Positions 58,034 through 64,000 of a DNA stretch of 64,000 nucleotides are shown in pieces. Every line of letters begins with the position of its first letter. The first letter of the stretch is position 1. Under the pieces are notes generated by a model that ran no database searches, was not told the origin of the DNA, and saw only the letters and a program-made list of their open reading frames with translations. The stretch covers positions 12,402,001-12,466,000 of the forward strand of contig NC_045698.1 in NCBI RefSeq assembly GCF_009834535.1, read 5' to 3'. Source of the stretch: Camelus ferus (Eukaryota). Both the position numbers and the translations under genes were made by a program.

Positions 58034-58140
58034 GGGGTAGGGTATAGCTCAGTGGTAAAGTGCGTGCTTACCATGCATGCAGTCCTGGGTTCAATCATCA
58101 GTACCTCCATTTAAAAATAAAAGAAAACAAAACCAAACCA
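58034..58140 (+). mobile_element. vic-1-like SINE (short form)
   Basis: GGGGTAGGGTATAGCTCAGTGGTAAAGTGCGTGCTTACCATGCATGCAGTCCTGGGTTCAATC..CAGTACCTCCA plus A-rich tail. Confidence 0.9.
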
Positions 58141-58331
58141 AAAAATGTGAGAAATGGCTTCCTACGGTTTTCACCTTTTCTTTTAGAGATATAAAAGAGA
58201 ATACACGGAGGCACTTGATGAGTTCTTCAGCAAGTACACCTGTTAAAACTTATTGTTACCCAAACATACAGCTACGGACCCCTTGGAAACATCTGTTGAT
58301 GATAACTTGGAAAATACTCTTATGGTTCTGC

Positions 58332-59223
58332 TGATACTGTGATTTATAGGAAGAAATACATTTCTTATGTATATTTGGTCTTCATCCAGGGTTCCTGGTT
58401 CATAGCTCCCAAAACCCTTGGAATTTCCTGAGTGATAAGAGCAAAGAAAGTATCTTTTGTCATCCTATTTGGCCTCTTTCCCTCAGTTTGTGAAATAATT
58501 TCAGTGCCATAAGGGCAACATGGGCGTCTTATTATTCATAATAAGCCCCTTTCCAGCACAACTGGGTTTACGTTAATAAGGTAAGTTTTGGAGAGCACAT
58601 AAGGATGGGGGCTGGTTGCCAGGAAAACTAACCATGAATAAAGGGTTGGAACTTTCTCTCCCACCCTGATTTCTGAGGAGGGCAGAAGGACTAGATGTTG
58701 AATCCATCATCAGTGGCCAATGATTTAATCGATCATGCCTATAAAGAAGGCTCCATAAAAATCCAAAAAGAGGGGGCTCAGAGAGCTTCTGAGTTGTTGA
58801 GACATCATGGAAGCTCTGAGTCCTTTCCCCCTATTTTGTCCCGTGCATCTCTTCCATCTGGTTGTTCCTGAATTGTATCCTTTTATAGTAAACTGATGAT
58901 CTAGTAAGTAAAATGTGTCTCTGAGTTCTGTAAGCTGCACTACCAAATTAATTGAACACAAGGAGGGGGTTGTTGGAACCTCTGATCTACAGCTGGTCAA
59001 GCAGAAGCCCAGGTGATGATCTGGACTTGCTTTTGGTGCCTGAAGTGGGGGCAGTCCTGTGGGACTGAGCGCTTAACCTGTGGGATCTGACAGTGTCTCC
59101 TGATGGAGAGTGTCAGAATTGAGCTGAATTGCTGGACAGCCAGCTGGTGTTCGAAGACTGCTTGGTGATATCGTGGTGATATGAGAAGACAACCCCAAAC
59201 CCATCACTGAAGTTGGAAACACA
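58332..59223 (+). mobile_element. MER21-like LTR
   Basis: TGATACTGTGATTTATA...GCTCCCAAAACCCTTGGAATTTCCTGAGTGATA...GGCCAATGATTTAATC.ATCATGCCTA...CTGAGTTCTGT.AGC...TGTGGGACTGAGC.CTTAACCTGTGGGATCTGA...GTGTCAGAATTGA. Confidence 0.88.
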
Positions 59224-59854
59224 ATTTTCAGCTGTCCTTTTTAATCTTGTGCAGTAATAAACATGTTGGGCTGCGTTTTCTATTAAGCAAGTTTTGGCTT
59301 TCTGGAAGCATCTACTGACCTTCCCTATTCACTACAAGGGTGGAAGAGAAATGCGTTTCTGATTTCCAAAGTTCTGACTAAGAAGATGACTTTTCCTCAG
59401 TAAAAAAAAATTATTACAAGTGATGGTTAGAAGTCTCTAGAATCCTTTACAGACTGAATAGGCTTCTGTGCTCTGACTTGGGAAATTTCCCACTGCAGCC
59501 TTTTTGTGCCTGGGGTCTGAAATGTGATTGGCACACGGAAATATTTTTACTGGACAGAACTAACCTTCACTTATACTCTTGCTTCCATGGGGGAAATGGA
59601 TTTTGAATTACAAACTTTTATAGCACAATTTGTTTAAAAATTAGAGACAACCTGTATTTATGTTTGAAGGTAGCTTGAGGTGAAAAAGGTTTTAAGGGTC
59701 TAAATTTTATGGTTTAGAACATGTCTTTATATTCCCCATCAAAATAGTTCTGTTTGAGATGATGTTTTAACCTTCTGAGAAGCGACGAATCATGTCTTAG
59801 AATTTCAGGATGTTGGAATATGATGTATTTTCAAACAATGGCAGCCGGTGTTAT

Positions 59855-59995
59855 CCTGTTAGTGGGACCAGGTACCTCAGGAATCATCTAATTATATGAG
59901 CACATTGAGACCCAAGAAGATGAAGCTGTTTATCCCCGCAAAAGTCAGGATGGAGGCTAGAATCTGAGTCTGATGAATTCTAATCATACTTTATC
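59855..59995 (-). mobile_element. MIR SINE fragment
   Basis: GGTACCTCAGGAATCATCTA...ATGAG..ATTGAGACCCAAGAAGATGAAG...GGCTAGAATC. Confidence 0.5.
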
Positions 59996-60890
59996 TCGAG
60001 TCTTCAGATTATTTCTTCTTCTGAGAAAATGTGAGATGGGAGCTCAATTCCAAGTCCTTGGGAGAGAGTACAGGCTTTTCCCCTCCCCCTTTGAATACCT
60101 AGCAAATGGCATTATATTTTCTATCAACCAGTTTTACAGAATCAAATCAGACTTCTTGAAGTTTTACTCTTTCAGCAGCCATATCATTTGTGGCTCCTCG
60201 GAACTCTGTGATGGCGATTACCTGAAGGGTGTTTATTCGGGCGAGTTTTTGACATGGACACCTGTACAAAAGGGAGGGAGGACACAGGATTAAGTGAGGG
60301 AAGCTGAGCTGGGATGCAGCCTGACTAAGGCGCTGACTCATCCCTCCAGGAGCTCTGAAAACAAAACAAGGTGGCCCTCAGAGTTGACACATCTTGGGGC
60401 AAGGGTCTCGGCCTTTATAACTCCCGTGAGTCAGTCACTGGATGCGGGTATTGCAAGAAGGGGATGTCACCCCGAGTGAAGACTCTCCTTTTAGCCGTGG
60501 CAGTCCTCGTGGGGGCCACACGTCGGGAGTCTGGGCCCAGACAGCAGCTGGGGGCATGAGCTTTCATTCCTGGGGAGGCAAGGGAATGTCTGTCCTAAAC
60601 ACTGCAAGGCCTACCGTGGGACTCATCCCATCTCTCCAAGAGTCTTGCTTCCTCCCATGCAGGAGATTATTAGATTAAAATGTTCTACACTGATTTCTGT
60701 GATGCATCGAGGAACATAGACTGAACCCAACACAGGAGTGGCTGGCTGCACAGCAGACTACTTTTTGAAACAAGCCCTGGAAAGATAGTAATAATCCTTT
60801 TAACGTCAGCCTTTTGGATGCTAAATTCTATTTACTTTGATAGGGTAGAGATGGTGGTAAGGAAGTCTGAATTTAAAAGGAATGAGAAGA

Positions 60891-62128
60891 AAGGCAAAAC
60901 ATTCTCTGACGTAAATGGTAGCAATGTTTTCCTAGGTCAGTCTACCCAGGCAATAGAAATAAAAGCAAAAATAAACAAATGAGACCTAATTAAACTTTTA
61001 TGCTAATGCACAGTAAAAAAAAAAAACAAAAACAAACCATAAACAAAATGAAAAGACAACCTACGGAATGGGAGAAAATATTTGCAAACGATGAGACTGG
61101 CAAGGGCTCAACCTCCGGAATATACAAACAGCTCAATCAACTCAATATCAACAACAACAAAAAAACAACAAACAACCCAATCCAAAAATGGGCAGAAGAC
61201 CTAAAGAGACAGTTCTCCAATGAAGGCATGCAGATGGCCAACAGGCACAGGAAAAGACGCTCAATATTGCTAATTATCAGAGAAATGCAAAACTACAATG
61301 AGGTCTCACCTCACGCCAGTCAGAATGGTGATCATTCAAAAGTCCACAAATGAAAAATCCTGGAGAGGCTGTGGAGAAAAGGGACCCTCCTACACTGCTG
61401 GTGGGGATGTAATTTGGTGCAGTCACTATGGAGAACAGTATGTAGGTTCCTTAAAAAACTAAAAATAGACTTACCCTATGATCCAGCAGTCCCACTCCTG
61501 GGCATGTATCTGGAGAAAACTATTATTTAAAAAGACAAAATAGCGGCATTATTTACAATAGCCAAGACATGGAAACAACCTGAATGTCCATCGACGGATG
61601 ACTGGATAAAGAAGTTGTGGGGGGTGTGTGTGTATATGTGTATATATACATATATATATATATACCACAGTCATTACTGTGTATTACTCAGTCATAAAAA
61701 AGAATGAAATAATGCCATTTGTAGCAACATGGATGGACTTAGAGTTTATCATACTAAGTGAAGTAAGTCAGACAGAGAAAGACAAATATCATATGATATC
61801 ATTTATCTGTGGAATCTAAAAAAATAATGCAAATGAACTTATTTACAAAACAAACAGACAGAGATAGAAAACAAGCTTAGGTTACCAAAGAGAAAGGGGG
61901 AGAGGGATAAATTAGGAGTTTGGGATTAACAGATATAAACTACTACATATAGAATAGATAAACAACGAGGTCCTACTGTATAGCACAGGGAACTATATTC
62001 AAAAGCTTGTAATAACCTATAATGAAAAGAAATATGAAAAAAATACATATATATAAAATGAATCATTGTGCTGTATACTAGGAACTAACACAACATTGTA
62101 AATCAACTATACTTCAGTTTTAAAAAAA
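60891..62128 (+). mobile_element. 5'-truncated L1 (ORF2 C-terminus plus 3'UTR), frameshifted
   Basis: The ORF-track peptides [26 protein letters not shown] and KKNEIMPFVATWMDLEFIILSEVSQ are L1 ORF2 C-terminal motifs. The 3'UTR ends AATCAACTATACTTCA plus an A-run. Confidence 0.95.
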
Positions 62129-62324
62129 AGGAGGAGGAGGAGGAGATAAAGACCATGTACCTGAAAATGGGCTGGTTGTATTTGACTGTTTCATTATTTT
62201 GCATATTTCCACACAATTACGTATTGTGCATCATCTGTTTTAAAGTATCGCATGATGTAAGCATAAATTCCTGCTCCTGCCTTTGAGGGAGTCTTTGGAG
62301 CCCTGAAACTCAGGGCAAGGAAGG

Positions 62325-62430
62325 AGTAGTGGCTAGAGACAGCCCGGCCTCTAGAGCCAGACTGCCTGGTTCACTGTCTCCAGTTCCACCACACACGGGT
62401 TATGTGACCATGGGCCTCAGGTTCCCGGGT
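62325..62430 (+). mobile_element. MIR SINE 5' fragment
   Basis: TAGTGGCTAGAG...CTCTAGAGCCAGACTGCCTGGTTCA...TATGTGACCATGGGC. Confidence 0.7.
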
Positions 62431-62491
62431 GCTGCCTTAGAAGATGGTTGGAGAGTTTCACTCCAGGGCACTGCTCAAAATACACAACCTC

Positions 62492-62658
62492 ACTGTTCGA
62501 CCCAGCAATTCCACCCCTGGGTATATTTCCAAAAAAACCCCCAAAACCCTAATTTGAAAAGACACATGCACTCCAATGTTCTTGGTAGCCTTATTTACCA
62601 TAGCCAAGCTATGGAAGCAACCTAAGTGTCCATCAGTAGACAAATGGATAAAGATGTG

Positions 62659-62717
<59 letters not shown>

Positions 62718-63185
62718 ATGGAATATTACTCAGCCATAAAAAGAAGTAAATGTTGCCATTTGCAGCAACATAGATGGACTTGGAGGGCATTATGCTAAGT
62801 GACATAGGTCAGACAGAGAAAGACAAATACTGTATGATATAATTTATAAGTGGAATCTAAAAAAATACACCAAACTAGTGAATGTAACAAAAAAAAGTAG
62901 CAAACTCATAGATATAGAGAACAAACTAGTGGTTACCAGTGGGGAGAGGAAAGGGGGAGGTATAGGGGTGGTGGAGTGAGGTACAAACTGTTGGGTATAA
63001 GATAAGTTCAAGGATATATTGTACAACATGGGAAATAGAGCCATCATTTTATAATAACTATAAATGGATTATAACCATTAAAAATTGTGAATCACTTTAT
63101 CTTACACCTATAATTTATATAATATTATATATCAACTATACTTCAATACAAAAAAATAAATTATAGGTTCAAAATGAACAAGCAA
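62492..63185 (+). mobile_element. 5'-truncated L1 (different 3'UTR type) with 15-bp TSD and internal (TA)n
   Basis: GACCCAGCAATTCCAC...GGAAGCAACCTAAGTGTCCATCA...ATGGACTTGGAGGGCATTATGCTAAGTGA...ATCAACTATACTTCAAT; (AT)n at about 62663-62710; AAAATACACAACCTC at 62477-62491 and 63186-63200. Confidence 0.93.
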
Positions 63186-63831
63186 AAAATACACAACCTC
63201 TGGTTGATGTTTCTCCCCCAAATGCATACCCTTTTCTATGGACCTTCCTGTTGACCTCCATCCAAAACCTTTCAATTGTGCTTCTGGAACCTCCTGGTTT
63301 TGCTGTTGCAAAGACTTTCTTTATATCTTCATGCCATTGTAGACTAATCTGTTGTCCTCCTGTAGGGACACTGTTTTACTTGAATAAGTGGGTTCTGCTC
63401 TCTCTCCTATAGTCTATAGTATCTTTTATCTGGAAGAGGGTGTCAACACTGTCCTCAATCCCCTTTCCTGTGCCTGGCTATTACTCCATTTCCCTCGGGT
63501 AGAAATCCTTTGTTTTGGGTCATGCCATCCACCTAATCCACCCTGTACCCCTGTGGATCACTGTCATCTATTGGTCTTCTGATCTTTCTCCCACATTATA
63601 GAACACCTTGGTACTTGGTTCATGGTCTTCTCTGGGTCACCATCTACGTATAGGGTCGATTTGACATCCATGTGGCTAACCTTGGACATGGTGACCTCTA
63701 AGGCTTCTTGGTCTCAGAATCAGTGCCTTTACCCCCAACTACATTTCAGCATCCCTCTTTCACTAGCACACCCTGTACCTTTTTACTGCCAAACAGTGTC
63801 ACTTCTGAAAACTCCAACAGCAATAGCCTAA

Positions 63832-64000
63832 TGTTTTGGTTTGAATCTCCCAAGAAGTAAACCCTGAAGACAGATTCCAGTAAAAGTAGTTTATTGGGAG
63901 GTAATCCCAGCAGGGGAGAGGGGTGACTGAGACAAGGAGGAAAAGGAAGCAGAACATTCATTAGAGTTATCCTACCTGGAGGATAGGAGCTGGGCGGTGA
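63832..64000 (-). mobile_element. LTR16-like ERVL LTR (runs off the window end)
   Basis: CCCAAGAAGTAAACCCTGA..CAG.TT..AGT..AAGTAGTTTATTGGGAGGT.ATCCCAG...TGAGACAAGG..AAGGAAGC. Confidence 0.65.

Noticed and set aside
2533..60433. Window-wide AP-1 (TGASTCA) enrichment; sites noted at 2533, 29116, 35830, 38131, 38801, 42911, 52918, 60334 and 60427
   Set aside because: About 8 are expected by chance in 64 kb at uniform base composition (2/4^7 per position), so the 9 I noted by eye are not evidence of enrichment.
61000..61819. L1 ORF2-like peptides as a functional CDS
   Set aside because: 5'-truncated, frameshifted and interrupted by simple repeats; a dead retrotransposon fragment.
1..64000. ORF-track entries as protein-coding genes (for example 27-518, 12708-13229, 22524-23012, 46063-46524)
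   Set aside because: They are short, many begin at non-ATG codons, many overlap repeats, none has a domain I recognise, and I see no consistent multi-exon coding structure. This is what chance ORFs in mammalian non-coding DNA look like.

Overview
Mammalian non-coding genomic DNA (intergenic or a large intron), very probably from a camelid: five tRNA-Ala-derived SINEs resemble the camelid vic-1 family. I find no recognisable protein-coding gene, RNA gene, CpG island, CRISPR array or operon-like system. The only ORFs I recognise as protein-like are decayed L1 ORF2 (about 61.0-61.8 kb) and a CR1/L3 remnant (about 52.3 kb). Much of the window is transposon debris: L2, MIR, L3, old L1M and younger L1 3' ends, MLT1/LTR16/MER21/MER34-like and other solo LTRs, and hAT/Tigger MITEs. 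Subfamily names come from recalled consensus similarity, not from a search, and boundaries of old repeats are approximate. The most notable observations are (1) a clear twin-primed, 5'-inverted L1 with a 20-bp TSD at 30.3-30.5 kb, (2) a well-preserved solo LTR with a CCAAT/octamer array at 16.0-16.6 kb, (3) a candidate NF-kB/IRF/ETS TATA promoter or enhancer with splice donors on both strands at about 31 kb, followed by possible micro-exons, (4) a MEF2/E-box/GATA/FOX motif cluster at 19.1-19.3 kb and (5) two possible L1 3' transductions. I see no supportable evidence of a new multi-gene biological system.
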